A stretch of DNA of 64,000 nucleotides from the NCBI GenBank assembly GCA_963921275.4, contig OZ001293.3:640001-704000 (forward strand), written 5' to 3'. Below, in pieces: positions 50,186-62,880 of the stretch; position 1 is the first letter of the stretch, and each line of letters starts with the position of its first letter. A model generated the notes under the pieces. That model was not told the origin of the DNA, searched no databases, and was given only the letters and a program-made list of their open reading frames with translations. Source of the DNA: an uncultured Hormoscilla sp. Its GTDB lineage: Bacteria; Cyanobacteriota; Cyanobacteriia; Cyanobacteriales; Desertifilaceae. The translations under genes and the position numbers were made by a program.

Positions 50186-50997
50186 AGGGTGTTCACTCTG
50201 GGGCTTGAGCTGGTGGATGGAGTTCATGCATAATCTGTGTCAGGATGTTACCGGCCCCATGATACAAGGATCCCTTAGCTCAATCGAGCGTCTGGTCAAA
50301 AAATTCGGCGCCAAGCCACGATCTTTGGAAACCCTGGGCTATAGAGTTGCAAAAGAAACTCATGGCCCAGGGCCCAAGAGATTCGGATTCGAGATGAGCG
50401 AGAAAAGTCGAGAGCGAGTGTAACGCCGGGCCAAAATTGCCGAACAAATCATTCGAGAGTACCGCACAGCCGAAAAAAATCAAGCCATGCAACTGTCCGA
50501 CAAGCCAGATGCCGTTCCCCAGACGGCTGCCAGCGAGGTTGGCTCTGGAGATAATGAGCCAAGTCAGTGTTCTGCTGCACGAGGCCATCACTATGGTGTG
50601 TTTATTATTCACTTAGCGGTAGCATTCGTGGTCTCAAGCTTGAACAGTTATATCGAGCAAGAAACGACTTCGCTGCCAGCAGCCTTGCTGGGGTCTTCCG
50701 ATATCATTGAGTCTGTTTTTGGCAAATATAAGCTCTTCGAGCGCCAAGTCACCGCTCAAACATATGGGCCACTTGATGAGAGATGCTTCGGGCCCCCTCC
50801 TTACCGCTAAGCTGACGAGTGAGCTGAGCGAGCGCAGCCCTGGAAACGGTCCCATTTACTGCGGTTTCCGATTGGTATCGCTCTGTCTTTGGCCTCTCTG
50901 CCGCGGGCATTGCGTCGAGCTGTTTTTCAGGGGGCTAGGCAAGACACAGAATATGCATGAACTTTTAGGGGGAAAATTCCCCCAAAGTGAACACCAT
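50186..50997 (+). mobile_element. Internally deleted IS of uncertain family
   Basis: 18-bp TIR A(G/T)GGTGTTCACT(C/T)TGGGG and 11-bp TSD AGGCGCTGTCT. Transposase-like fragment SSDIIESVFGKYK. Confidence 0.8.
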
Positions 50998-51380
50998 AGG
51001 CGCTGTCTAGTAGATTGTCAAGGAATAATTGATGGGTAAAGCCGTTTAAGTTTGATGGGAGCATCTTCGGTGGTAAATTGCCAGTCAATTCTGCTATGTT
51101 GAGCATTTCTGCGCGACTCCCAAGCACTCACTTCTCGTTTCAAGCTCTCAATGTCGGGAATGGGACGGTCTAGACACTGACGAGTTAAGACACTCAGTTC
51201 AATTTCTGCCATGTTGAGCCAACTACCATGTTTAGGGGTATAATGGATTTCTAACAAGAGCGAGAATCCGTTTTGCTTCAGTAGGAGGAAAAGTTGCATA
51301 TAAAGCAGAGGGAGTGTGGATGGAGAGGTGGTCATGAATGACTATAATTATCTCAGCTGATGGATAGCATACATCTACTA

Positions 51381-52261
51381 GGGCGTGTCATCAGTTAAGC
51401 CAAACAACAGTAGCAGCCAGGTAGATAGCACCCAAGAAATTTTGAGCCGTCTTATCGTAACGGGTGGCATAGGCGCGATATTGCTTGAGTTTGGCAAAGA
51501 AATTCTCAATCTTATGACGGGCAATGCAAGAGATATTTGTCATAACGGCGTTGTTCTTTGCGATTGGATTTAGGCGGAATCACAGGTTCGCATTGCTGGG
51601 CTTCAAGACGTTTCAAAACCCGTTCGTCAGCATCATAAGCTTTGTCTGCGAGTAACGCATCAGCCTTAATATTATCAAGTAACAGATCAGCCCCTTCCAA
51701 ATCGTGAGCTTGACCGGCTGTTAAATGAAAATCCGTTGGGTTCCCCAATGCGTCACAGGTCGCATTAATTTTGGTACTCAAACCCCCTTTACTGCGCCCA
51801 ATGGCTTGGTCGCAATCCTTTTTTTTTGAGCACCTGCACTATGTTGATGAGCCCTTACAATCGTGGCATCAATCATCGCATATTCGTTATCGGCATCCTC
51901 CGCCAGTACCTTGAATACTCGTTCCCATACCCCTGATTTTGACCACCTACTATGGCGCGTATGAATTACCCGAAAGTCCCCAAATCGCAGGTATCCCAGC
52001 TCTATACCGATACAAGACTAATCGACAAATAAGCGGTTATCTTTAGCTGTCCCCCCCACATAACCCTCCCGACCTGGCAATAGGTCCTTGATTCTCTCCC
52101 ACTGGTCATCTCTTAAAGCATAGCGACGCATTTCTTCAAATTCTCCTGCTCTAACTTTTACCTTTTTATATCACACCGATATATCCTGGTTGTCAACTCA
52201 ATCATCTTGTTATATATTTTTGGTAGGAACCCCGGTCATTAATCTAACTGATGACACGCCC
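51381..52261 (-). mobile_element. IS5-family element, second copy, degenerate
   Basis: Same TIR GGGCGTGTCATCAGTTA as 9929-10823, with TA duplication. Confidence 0.92.
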
Positions 52262-52373
52262 TAAATATTTCATTTGATGAGAATAATCTTGTTTAGTACG
52301 ACCCTCGGTAACTTCTACATGTCGCCATCCGCCCAAGGGTTCAGAGAATATGAAGATATCACAAACGCCATTT

Positions 52374-53206
52374 ATTAAACTAAGCCAGGGAGTTACCTCT
52401 CCGACTCGTCTTCAAAACCGGACGATCTGCTTTTCACCTCATCCGGCTCCTCAGTAATGCCACCCTTGTCATGGGTACGGCCACTACCATCACTGGCAGT
52501 CTTTATCTGCCGCTCTGTAAATTCTCAGAAGCAACTTAAAGACTACCCGTTCCAGCTTCCGCCAGGGGATACCCTTCCATTCATTCATCGATGTATCCAT
52601 CGTGCTTATGACGTATAGATTGCTACTTACAACTCTACTTTTGACATTACCGTGAGGGCGTCGGCGTATCCTACCCATTACAGATAGGCGTTTGCTTCTC
52701 CACGAAATCTTTCCCAAGTATGACCTGCCTGATGAGAGCAGATGTTACGGTGGCTACTCTACCTATCGACCGGTGGTAGAGAGTACATACCTGGTTTACT
52801 TCGTTCCTACAGACGATTGGTCATAGTTTTAGATGGATTCTATATGCCGGGTTTATTGTCAGTGCTTATTGGTCGGGAAACGAACTGCCAACGACTTGTA
52901 TCCTGTCCCTTTTTGGGCCAGCGTTTCAGCCTTTTCGCTGGTTCTAGATAACGACATTTATGAATCTTCGCTTTCGCTCATCATGACTACTTGCTCGACG
53001 ATAACCGGTAAGGGCTACCAGTTAGGGCGCCTTTTATTCCCGCTTTACGGATTGATGCCATCTCTACCGTAGGGAATATGCTGTCACTCCTGCACCTGGA
53101 GGGGTGGACTTTCACCACCATCATCTGTAAGTTGTCAGGGCTAATGGAACCCTGCTAGTGGTCTCCCAACCGGTTTCACCGGTGGTTTACACTAAACGAA
53201 TCGCAC
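52374..53206 (-). mobile_element. Group II intron, family B, ORF-deleted derivative
   Basis: Same ribozyme ends as 46728-49892. Keeps only MNEWKGIPWRKLERVVFK.. before D5. Removal restores IS630 R|NGVCDIF. Confidence 0.92.
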
Positions 53207-54164
53207 CGAATCATTCGTAGTCATAGCGTCGGGGTTGACCTGGTAAGGATGGAAGGGGGATTTTGGTTTCACTTACTAACTGCTTACTTGTCTCGTCAAA
53301 ACAAACCACTGGATAATTTGGCTCGCCAAGGCACGAGTATAAAGGCTTAACACATCTTCCATATGGTAAACAAACTCGGCATTTTATTTAGGTGGAATTA
53401 CTCAACACTCCTGTAACCAAGGCTTTAGTTCATTTTTTTTTAAGGTTTGACCCACGGTTTCATGGGAAATACTCTCGACATACCCCAACTCAACCATGGG
53501 ATCTGCCAACAGCCTCAATGTCCATAAACCTTCGGTGTCTCCTGGGTAGTGCTTAAGGCGCTCCTAGGAGACACCGCGGCCTTCGGGAGGTTCTCCACAG
53601 GCCAGGGCAATTAAGTGAGCTTCTTGTTCCCCATCTAGTAAACGAGGTTTGGTACGAGTGGGCGATTGACGGGACAACGCCGCTAATAGACCTTCTTCTA
53701 CAAAACGCTTAGCTTATCGTTCAATGGTCGAAACGCTGATATCTAAAGCTTTATTAATCTCCAAGTCACTCCAACCTCCGGCTTCATTGTTAATATCAGC
53801 TTTTAGCAGAATTCGAGCATGGTTTACCTTGTAAGCGGCTGTTTTACCTCTCTTAGTCAGCCTTTCTAGGGCTTCCCATTCCTCCGTAGTTAGAGCAACA
53901 ACGTATTTTTTCTTAGGCATAATTCATAATTACCAGTGACATATGCCTTCTATTCTAGCTCAATCTATCCATCAATTCAAAAATGACAGACCACTAGTAA
54001 AAGTTGTAGCAAATCTCTCGTTAAATTACTCCCATTCGCAAAAATGAATTCTTGGTGGTAGATTGCCGTTTTCATCTAATTCTGGTATCACTACTTCACA
54101 CCTGCGCCATTTGCCTTTAACTGACTTTACTCATTAACCTTTCAACTCAATACCATTATACTGC

Positions 54165-54480
54165 ATTAATCCCCTGCTTGTGCGAGCGCCCACACCTCGG
54201 CACTGTCAATTCTAGCATGTTACCCAACCAAGAGCTACATTTTAGTTTGGTTTCCTTCCGTCTACCCCACAGAAGGACTACATTAGCCCGGCCCTATACC
54301 ATTATACAGCAGAAACCGCCTGTCCATACTTCCAAGTGCGATCTCCCACACCTCGGCACTGTCAATTGTAGCACCTTACCCAACCAATAGCTACATTTTC
54401 GTTAAGTTTCGTGAAGTCTAGCCCACAGAAGGACTAAATTAGCGGGATTCCATTATACTGCATCAATCCCCTGTCCATAG
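54165..54480. repeat. Degenerate ~160-bp tandem repeat, also present at 57925-58260
   Basis: Recurrent CCACAGAAGGACTACATTAGCCCGGCCC..CATTATAC..CCACAC.TCGGCAC units. Confidence 0.7.
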
Positions 54481-55448
54481 GGGTATGGTAAAAACCAGTT
54501 GGGTTTTGAAAAGTTCGGGGGGCCACGCGATCGCGCCCCACCCTCGCGACTATACCAAAAATTTTTCACTAATTATACCCCTGATCGCTCTTTTTTTTCT
54601 TACCTGCGCGAGTGCCATTATACTGTCTCAATTCCTGTTATTTTGCAATTAAAACTCCCGAATTCATACCAGATAATGCTTTCAAATTTTTCTGAAACTT
54701 TTTTTTAATTTTTTGGCCAAAATCCTTGACAATGACAAAATAAATCTGCTATCTTAAAAAAGTGAATTTGAAATAAATATAGAACTCCAATGTCAAATAC
54801 GCAAACATCAACTAACCGCGAAAAGCACTCTGTAAAAATCATCATTGTTGGCGTACCCAAGGCTGTGATACGCGCGATTAATATTCTGCATGTGCTCAAA
54901 TTTGCTAAGGCCGGTGACTGGCTATAAGTTAAGCGGACTCTGGTTCCTGAAGAACTGATGATGGTCATCACTCTCGACTTTATGCTGTAAACCCCACGGC
55001 CCCCTTAGGGGGGCTATTTATAACTGCTAATCGCCGGTTAATTGCTGGCCAAAATCGGGCATTTGGAGACTCTTTTTCTAACCGGTTGCTTGGCGCGGCA
55101 AATATTTTATAGCGCGCGGATATGGCAGGCGATCTGGTTTCATTTCTGCTGATAAAAAAGCCCGGTTTCTACGTAGAAACCGGGCTTTTTTATCTTTTGG
55201 AGACTTATCTTGGTTATTGGTATGCAATTCGCGATCGCATTCGGAACGGACAGGACATTTGCCCGATCGCATTTTCTGGGCAGGATATTCGCGGGAGCAT
55301 ACGGACGGTATATTTGCGCGATCGCACGGACATAATATGGGAGATGCAGATGTTTTAGAGGTACCGGAGTTACTGCCGGGGTAGGAATTATCTGTTGTTA
55401 ATGTGTGTGTACCAGAGTTTGAATAAAAAGAGCGATCCTGTTGCGCAA

Positions 55449-56966
55449 AAGTATGCTAAGCTATTGGAGTGGGAGTAAAAGTGCGACTGGAGGAAAAAGA
55501 TGATACAAGCAGTTAGCGAGGAAGAAAGCATTTTAGAACAAGCAAACCTTAAGCCCTCAACAGCAGCAGTCCGTTCTGGTAATAATTTAGTTTTTGCAGA
55601 GTCAAAATCAAAAGATAGAATATCCGACTGTTGAGGATAAACCGATATCTGCTTATGAAGCGGCTAAACAGTGGGTAGGATGTGTCGATAGTGGCATTGG
55701 CGATCTGTCTTATAACAAAAAGTATCTTCAGGAATATTCAGCACCATGAAATCAAGAGTGATTGTAGATGCCAGTCCAGTGGTGGCGCTTATCGATAAAA
55801 GCGATCGCTTTCACCATTGGACAACAGAAATTTGGAAAACCCTTGCGATCCACTTGTTTACCTGTGAAGCAGTTATTTCAGAGACATGTTTTTTGCTGCA
55901 AAGAACTTATGGCGGACAGGATGGGGTAATTGATTTACTGAAAAGGGTATCCAAATTTAATTTAGCTTGAGTGAAGAGTTGGAAGCAGTTGGAAACTTGA
56001 TGCGAAAATACGAATCTGTGCCCATGGGGTTTTGCAGATGCTTGTTTGGTGCGAATGAGTGAGTCGAACGCAGGCAGTACTGTGTTAACATTAGATAGGG
56101 ATTTTCGCATTTACCGGAAAAATCGGACTGACCCGATCGATGTGATTATTCCATCCGAGTTATAAATTATTGTGCGACCTATCGAAAGTATGCTAAGCTA
56201 TTGGAGTGGGAGTAAGAGTGTAACTGGAGGAAAAAGATGATACAAGCAGTTAGCAAGGAACAAAGTATTTTAGAAAGCCTGCAAACCTTAACCCCTCAAC
56301 AGCAGCAGTCCGTTCTGGTAATAATTGAATTTTTGCAGTTGAAGACGCAAAAGCCGGAAATTCAGGAAACTGTAGAAAATGAGGACGAAGTTATTTCGAT
56401 GCTGGAAGCAGCAAAGGAGTTTGTCGGTTGTTTAGATAGCGGCCTAGGCGATCTGTCTATGAAAAAACAGGAGCTAAAGAAAGGATATAAGGCGATACGA
56501 TCGGAAAAGTTATCCTAGATACAGGACCCTGGCTAGCGGTTTTAGATAAAAGCGATCGCTACCATGATTGGGCAGTAAATCAATGGGGAAATATTACCAA
56601 ACCGGTGTTTCCGTGCGAAGCTGTTATTAGTGAGGCGTGTTTTGTCCTGAAAAATGTTTATGGGGGTGACGATGCAGTCATGGGTTTAGTGAGCGGTGTC
56701 TCCTCGGTAGTGCGAGTAGCGCTCCCAGGAGACACCGCGTCGAGGTTATATTGAGGTTCTTTTTCGTTTCAGCGATGAAGTGACTGTAGTGAGAGAGTTG
56801 ATGCCAAAATACAAATCTGTTCCCATGGGGTTTTGCAGATGCCTGTTTGGTGCGAATGAGTGAGTCGATCGCAGGCAGTACCGTGTTAACATTAGATCGG
56901 GATTTTCGCATTTACCAGAAAAATCGGACTGATGCGATCAATGTGATTATTCCATCGGAGTTATAA
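55449..56966 (+). pseudogene. Two tandem, degenerate antitoxin + PIN-toxin cassettes
   Basis: Duplicated upstream AAGTATGCTAAGCTATTGGAGTGGGAGTAA. MIQAVS.. antitoxins and VIVDA/VILDT..CEAVISE..FADACLVR PIN fragments with frameshifts. Confidence 0.8.
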
Positions 56967-57167
56967 CCGAAATGAATAATACAATGTAAAAAAATAATGC
57001 TACAATTACTTCAACGTTATATTATTAGTCAGTTAAAACCGACTTTAGCTGTTAGCCGGGGGTTTGAACCCCCGGCGGGCTGACAGCGAAGTGAGAGAAC
57101 TTTCGCATCTAATTGTAGCTTTTCTCAGATAGATGAGGTACAGTGAATTACAGACATCACAAGGGTG

Positions 57168-57273
57168 GCATTGCACAATAACGGGATGATAAGCCTATTT
57201 GCAAAAGCTTGAAACATAGACTATAAGCCACTTTCAGCTATGTGCAAAAAAAGGTATCATCCCCCGTGCAACT
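57168..57273. mobile_element. ~110-bp MITE, with an inverted sister copy at 61863-61975
   Basis: GC(A/G)TTGCACA...GTGCAAC ends and shared internal sequence. Confidence 0.65.
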
Positions 57274-57295
57274 CCTTTCTCCTCTTAAGGGATGA

Positions 57296-57691
57296 TTACT
57301 TAGCGATCGCCGAAACTTTTAGCGCCGCATTTGCTGGCATTGCTCTACCCAAGGGTTCTAGTTGTGATACGATCGGATCGAAGGCACAGTAGCAAACTAC
57401 AATTTCTCGCTTGGAACTATCAGGATAATTAGGGAAATATCTTTCCACGCGCGTAACAATCCAGTCTCCATCCCGAACATGAGTAGAACTGTCTGGAAAT
57501 CTCTCCGAAGCAAATTCCGCAATGTGTAAAAATTGCCGTAACCGATCGCCTACTTGAGGAATACTTCCCTTTTCAGTATAATCCAACTGTTCATCGAGGA
57601 TATCTGTTAATCCTCCCATAGGTAACTTGCGATTTTACCATCCAGGTTGTTCGGGTTCGGCATGAAAAATGATCCAGGTTTCACTGTTCAT
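57296..57691 (-). pseudogene. Conserved cyanobacterial hypothetical protein with an internal stop
   Basis: MNSETWIIFHAEPEQPGW*NRKLPMGGLTDIL..GDWIVTRVE..IVVCYC. Confidence 0.55.
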
Positions 57692-58331
57692 GATAATTAT
57701 CCTCCATAAAACTTGTTTGTTCTCCTGCAAAGATACATTCTACTTTAAGAATGGGATCCCTTGTCCGTTCGACTCGAATTAGTTTTCATATGTTTAGTTG
57801 TGCCATTTTTTTGCATTGTTCGCGCATTGTTGCCGCGTGACGGTTTTCCCCTTTTTTCATTGACATAAGTTTATAGATATACTATCGCAAGGCATGCCCT
57901 GCGGGCGCTACGCTTTTACGTATGGGTTTCCTTCTGTCTACCCCACAGAAGGACTACATTAGCCCGGCCCAATATCATTATACAGCATCAATCCCATCCG
58001 ATACTCCCAGGTGTGATCGGCCACACATCGGCACAGTCAATGTAGGTTGGGTTGAGGCACGAAACCCAACATTGAAGTATATTTATGTGGGGTTTCCTTC
58101 CGTCTACCCCACAGAAGGACTACATTAGCCCGGCCCAATAGCATTATACAGCATCAATCCCCTGTCCATACTACCTTGTGCGATCGGCCACACATCGGCA
58201 CTGTCATTGTGTCATTGGTCATTGTAGGTTGGATTGAGGCACGAAACCCAACAAAGAGCTACATTTTGGTTGGGTTTCCTTACGTCAACCCAACCTACGA
58301 ATCGATCGCACTCATCAGGCGATCGCACTTC

Positions 58332-58676
58332 TCAGGTCAGGACGTTCTGAATCACGTTATCATCGACTACCAGGCTACTCGTGCCATCAGTGTAAGTGGT
58401 GAAACCGTCAGCGCTGTTAGAGCTGAAACCAGGCAAGTTGGCATTCACGGCATTCTCAGCAGTTCCCAGCACTGTTAAGCTGTTTTCCGAATCAGAGATA
58501 TTTTGCAAATCGCTGACTTCCAAGGTTAAGCTATTGCCCCCACCATTCAGGTCTAGGATCTCAATACCCCGGATGCGGGTATCGTCAATGGCGGTCAAGT
58601 CCAGATTAAACGTTCCATCTAGGCGCAGGGTATCTTCTCCACTACCGCCGATAATTTGGTCCAATAGTCCGGACAC
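58332..58676 (-). pseudogene. C-terminal remnant of a large secreted RTX/calcium-binding-type protein
   Basis: GGSGEDTLRL..IEILDLNGGGNSLTL..FTTYT; no N-terminus. Confidence 0.65.
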
Positions 58677-59063
58677 TTTTGAGAAGAATTTTTATAATTC
58701 ACTATGTAACATATACAGTAATACCCCCCTGTTGTAGACAGCCAGTTGAAAAGGGAGTTTGTCTCCAAGCTATCCACCCTGTAGAGTGTCGTAGTAAACC
58801 AAATCTAAGAAGCACTCCTGGGATAATCTCGGAGAGTCTTTTCGCCTCACTGCTGGAAACAGCAGGCCATTTCTACAAACCCCCTTGCCAGTTTCTTGAC
58901 CATTGATAACCACCATTTTCGTGGCCATTAGGCATTGTCAACTACACTCTCCCCCTCTTCGGTACAGCCACTTGTCAACCTAGCGCAGCGCTCCGGAGCT
59001 TGTTGCGAGGCACGAAGCAATCTGCCGCTACGCTCCGGGGGCGCAGCCATGGGTACCTATCGC

Positions 59064-59867
59064 CGATGTCTCCTGTGTGCCGTCCATGTCCCCTGGGACA
59101 AGAGAACAAGCCGTATGGACCCTGGGACAAGAGCAAGGAGCAGAGATATCGAAAAGTAAGAAGTGCATCGGACCACAGAAAAGAAGGGGATGACGATGTC
59201 TCCTGTGTGCCGTCCGCGTATCGCGTATCCCGTAGCGTGGCCCAGCCATGGGTGGCCCAGCCATGGACCCTGGGACAAGAGCAAGGAGCAGAGATATCTT
59301 CGTCGCGGCTACAGGCTACGCTGGTAAGGTCGATAAAACCTTCCCCAGTCGCTTTCAGTTCCTTAAGACCCCCATTGGACGGCGTCGATGTCTCCTGTGT
59401 GCCGATAGCGCTGCGCTGGGGGCGCAGCCATGGACCCTGGGACAAGAGCAAGGAGCAGAGATATCGAACAGCTTTATACAGCGGTGGTGTGGTCTGTGAG
59501 GATCCGATGTCTCCTGTGTGCCGTTCGCGTATCGCGTATCCCGTAGCGCGTATCGCGTATCCCGTAGCGCGTATCGCGTATCCCGTAGCGTGGCCCAGCC
59601 ATGGGTGGCGCAGCCATGGGTGGCGCAGCCATGGACCCTGGGACAAGAGCAAGGAGCAGAGATATCGAAGGCAGCGCTGCGCGCACTGCGCCCTTGTTCT
59701 TTCTTGAATTCATTTTCCGCGCAGGGGCGTCAGTTTACTGGGCTTGCCCTAGGAACGGCACCCTCACGACTAAGCAGGAGATTCCCATGTCGATGTCTCC
59801 TGTGTGCCGTATCCCTTGCGGGAGCGCAGCCATGGACCCTGGGACAAGAACAAGGAGCAGAGATATC
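59064..59867. repeat. Cluster of five composite mini-elements separated by unique sequence
   Basis: Constant arms CGATGTCTCCTGTGTGCCG and ATGGACCCTGGGACAAGA(G/A)CAAGGAGCAGAGATATC. Confidence 0.9.
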
Positions 59868-60564
59868 TTTCACGGCCAGTCCGGAAAGCCAAAACAGCAA
59901 GACAACAGTCAAGGGCCAGCAACCTGTGTCCCTTAACAGGCATGAGATACTATCGTCTCATGCCTGTTAAGGGACACAGCCACCGAGTTGAGTTTCGAAT
60001 CTTGCCTCCTCTAAAGGCGCTTCACAGAGCATATGCATGAACTTATTTATTTCCTTGGCTCCTCCAAGGAAAGATTAAATCTCACAAAGATGTCTCCCCA
60101 CCAGTTGTGCTTTTAGCGCGCTGCCGAAACGTGGGTAGTGCTCAACCGCGCTCCCACGTTTCGGCAGCACCAGGAGACATCGAAGGAACTACCAGAACCT
60201 GCTTGCCTACGGGGCTATAGCCTCCTAATTTTGTCCGGAGTATTGTTATTTGTGATTATATTTTACCACAAATCCAGCCGTAGGGTGGGTAGCGCTACGC
60301 GCACTCCGTAAAAGGCGCAGCCATAACCCACCGCCCCACTGCCGACAAACATAATTCTCCGATCGGGTGTTTGCCGTCGGTCATCAATATGTTATGACCG
60401 GTGCATCTTACGCCCGCTCGCACCCCAACCCCCGATCGCAGTGGGCGATCGCGCGTTCTCCATTACATTTATTTTTTCTGTCATTGTTCGGGAAAAATGG
60501 TATAATAGTCACATAGGTAATCGGAAATATTTGTTGGGGCTCTACTAAAACTCACTTTTGAATT

Positions 60565-60900
60565 ATGTCAGCAAAAGATATCTTTCACGACAACGCGCGA
60601 ACTGCTTTAGAAAAAGATGGATAGATAATTACTAAGGATCCTCTGTTTTTAAATCTGACTAAACAATTTAAAATTAATATATCTGGGAGGACAAAAGTTA
60701 CTTTCTGCTGAGAAAGACACCCGCAAGATAGCAGTGGAAATAAAAAGTTTTGTTGGCAAATCGGCGGTTTCAGAATTCCATATGACTGTCGGTCAATTTC
60801 TTAATTATCCTTTAGCATTAGAACAATTGGAATCCGAACGAGTGCTTTATCTGGCTGTACGACATTTATCAAGATTTTTTTACAGATTCCTTTGTGCAAG
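60565..60900 (+). pseudogene. XisH-family protein pseudogene
   Basis: MSAKDIFHD..ALEKDG*IIT.DPL and IAVEIKSFVG..EFH..GQFLNY. Confidence 0.8.
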
Positions 60901-60984
60901 CTGTGCTGCAACACCCGTTATTAATAGACCTCCCTCGTGAATTAGTGCTTGATAAGCTGTATTGATACCAAAATTGCAGTAGTA

Positions 60985-61473
60985 CTATTCTTGAATGACA
61001 GTACTTTTATAAATACTATACGCAAACGAGTTAGGGTTTAAGTTGATTCGCATGGTTTTTCCCACCATAGAACATGGCAAAGCCGAAATGAACAACCTCG
61101 ATCCATATGGATTATATTCTGCATGTTCAGCATCCTGAAATCCCAGAACATTTCGGGCATATTCAATCACTACATGCTGACAACCACCGCATGTCCCTAT
61201 AAACGGCCAGTCATTTTCTCTAGCAAACTGAATTGCGTTGAGTGCCCCTTTTAGACTTTGATAAGGGCTTCCTGGAGCACACCATAGAACATTAAATTGC
61301 TTCAGATATTTTTCGACAACATTTTGTTCTAATAAAGCTGTTGATAGCCATTGGATCTCGATTTTTATACCGAGATATCTTGAAGCATGATTGAGGGCAT
61401 CGTTAGTCGCTTTATGAGGTATAAAACTTTCATTATAATCATCAATTATTCCAATTTTAAAAATTAGGTTCAT
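60985..61473 (-). CDS. CTP-synthase-like glutamine amidotransferase, probably truncated
   Basis: PGSPY..FAREN..GTCGGCQH motif. Lacks the C-terminal His-x-Glu region. Confidence 0.7.
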   Translation of the reverse strand: MNLIFKIGIIDDYNESFIPHKATNDALNHASRYLGIKIEIQWLSTALLEQNVVEKYLKQFNVLWCAPGSPYQSLKGALNAIQFARENDWPFIGTCGGCQHVVIEYARNVLGFQDAEHAEYNPYGSRLFISALPCSMVGKTMRINLNPNSFAYSIYKSTVIQE

Positions 61474-62325
61474 GTTTACCTATCCTGCACTCAGTTAATT
61501 TTCGTTAAATTAATATATAAAATTCAAGATGCTATAACAAACAGCATTAGGATATTCCTCATGAGGAAAATCACCACAATTAGGGATAGCTACAAGTTGA
61601 GATTCTCGAATAGACTTTTTGAATAGATGTCCTGTAGATAAAGGAACTAATGGATCGTTTTCTCCCCAAATTAGAAGCGTAGGAGCCTTAAGAAGCCAGC
61701 TTGCCTACAACCGGCGCTCTATTCAGTGTAGCCCCAGTCTTTAGGCTGGGGGGCTGATGCTGTGGTAACCGCACTTTACCTATAGTAGACGCCAAAAAAT
61801 CATTTGTCAACCCTTTTTTGGTTTGGGAGCAAAAATTTTTCGCTACTTGCTTCAAACGCTTGGCGTTGCACATTTTGGGGATGATGCCCTTTTTTGCACA
61901 TAACTGAAACTGGCTTGTAGTCTAGGTTTAAGACTTCTGCAACTATGCCCATCATCCCGTAATTGTGCAACGCAAAACGCTTATCTAGTAAGGGTTTAAT
62001 GGCATCAGTTCCTCATTCCCTCGTCTTCCCAACCCAACTGCGATCGTCCAGATTCTGCCGGTGATAACAATGGTATACAGCCCAGATATCTCATATTTAA
62101 AGAATCCCGATCGCGCCCGCTCGCCTCAACGTTCGCATACAACCGGTGCTCTATTCAGTTTTCCTGGTAGTCTGATGCTGGGGCGATCGCTCTTTGATCG
62201 ATTATAAATCCCGAAAAATTATTTGTCAAGCTTGCGAACATCTCAGCAATCTAGCCCGCGCAGGCGGGCTTTGTTCGTGTAGGGGGGGCTTAATTTCTTC
62301 ATTTAAGCATCCATCCGCTTCATAT

Positions 62326-62880
62326 TTACATCCCCAACAATCGCCTAATTTCCACTTGCAGATCGGGAAAGGCCAAGGGATTAACATAACCTTGTCTCAA
62401 AGTTTCTCTTGACTGATAGCCAAGCTGAGTAGGTTCTCGAAATACAATCAATTGTAAGGCGCGCACATTAATCAGCCAATATTCTCTAATCCCTGCTACC
62501 GAGTAAACCTGGCTTTTTACCTCCCGATCTTTACTCAGGCTAGAATCAGAGTATTCTATTACCCATAAAATATTTTCCGCATAGGGATGATGTTCTCGAT
62601 ATTCTCGTCCCAGACGCTGCACCACTGCAATATCTGGTTCCGGTTCCGAGTTACTATTAAGTAGTGTAATGGGCTTGCCTTGCCGGACTTTAGCCCGATC
62701 GCCCAATAAATACATCATATACTCTGCCGCCTCATCGCTGGCATAAGCATGGGGTTCTCCCTCTGGGGGCATTTCTACAATTTCTCCCTGTAACAACTCT
62801 ACCTGCCGTCCTGCTAAAATCCCCGCTGCCACCATGCTATGGTAGTCAGCAATTGTCCATTTCGCGGTTGTTAGCATCAC
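62326..62880 (-). CDS. Uma2-family endonuclease
   Basis: VELLQGEIVEM, SEPEPDIAV, VIEYSDSSL and AGIREYWLIN motifs. Confidence 0.9.
   Translation of the reverse strand: MMLTTAKWTIADYHSMVAAGILAGRQVELLQGEIVEMPPEGEPHAYASDEAAEYMMYLLGDRAKVRQGKPITLLNSNSEPEPDIAVVQRLGREYREHHPYAENILWVIEYSDSSLSKDREVKSQVYSVAGIREYWLINVRALQLIVFREPTQLGYQSRETLRQGYVNPLAFPDLQVEIRRLLGM

Larger units (their letters stand above)
51010..53994 (-). mobile_element. IS630-family element containing an IS5, a group II intron and a hairpin mini-element
   Basis: MPKKKYVV..HARILL, LVCFDE and HYTPKHGSWLNMAEIE fragments. CTAG/TA ends with imperfect TIRs. Confidence 0.9.

Noticed and set aside
59064..59867. CRISPR array
   Set aside because: Units vary from 77 to 162 bp and spacers from 39 to 124 bp. 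There are no cas genes nearby, and solo copies are dispersed elsewhere.
58935..60040. Several overlapping ORFs up to 235 aa
   Set aside because: They are open frames through GC-rich repeats on both strands with no protein motifs.
60565..60900. Developmental fdxN excision element
   Set aside because: Only a broken XisH-like gene is present, with no recombinase, XisI partner or interrupted target gene.
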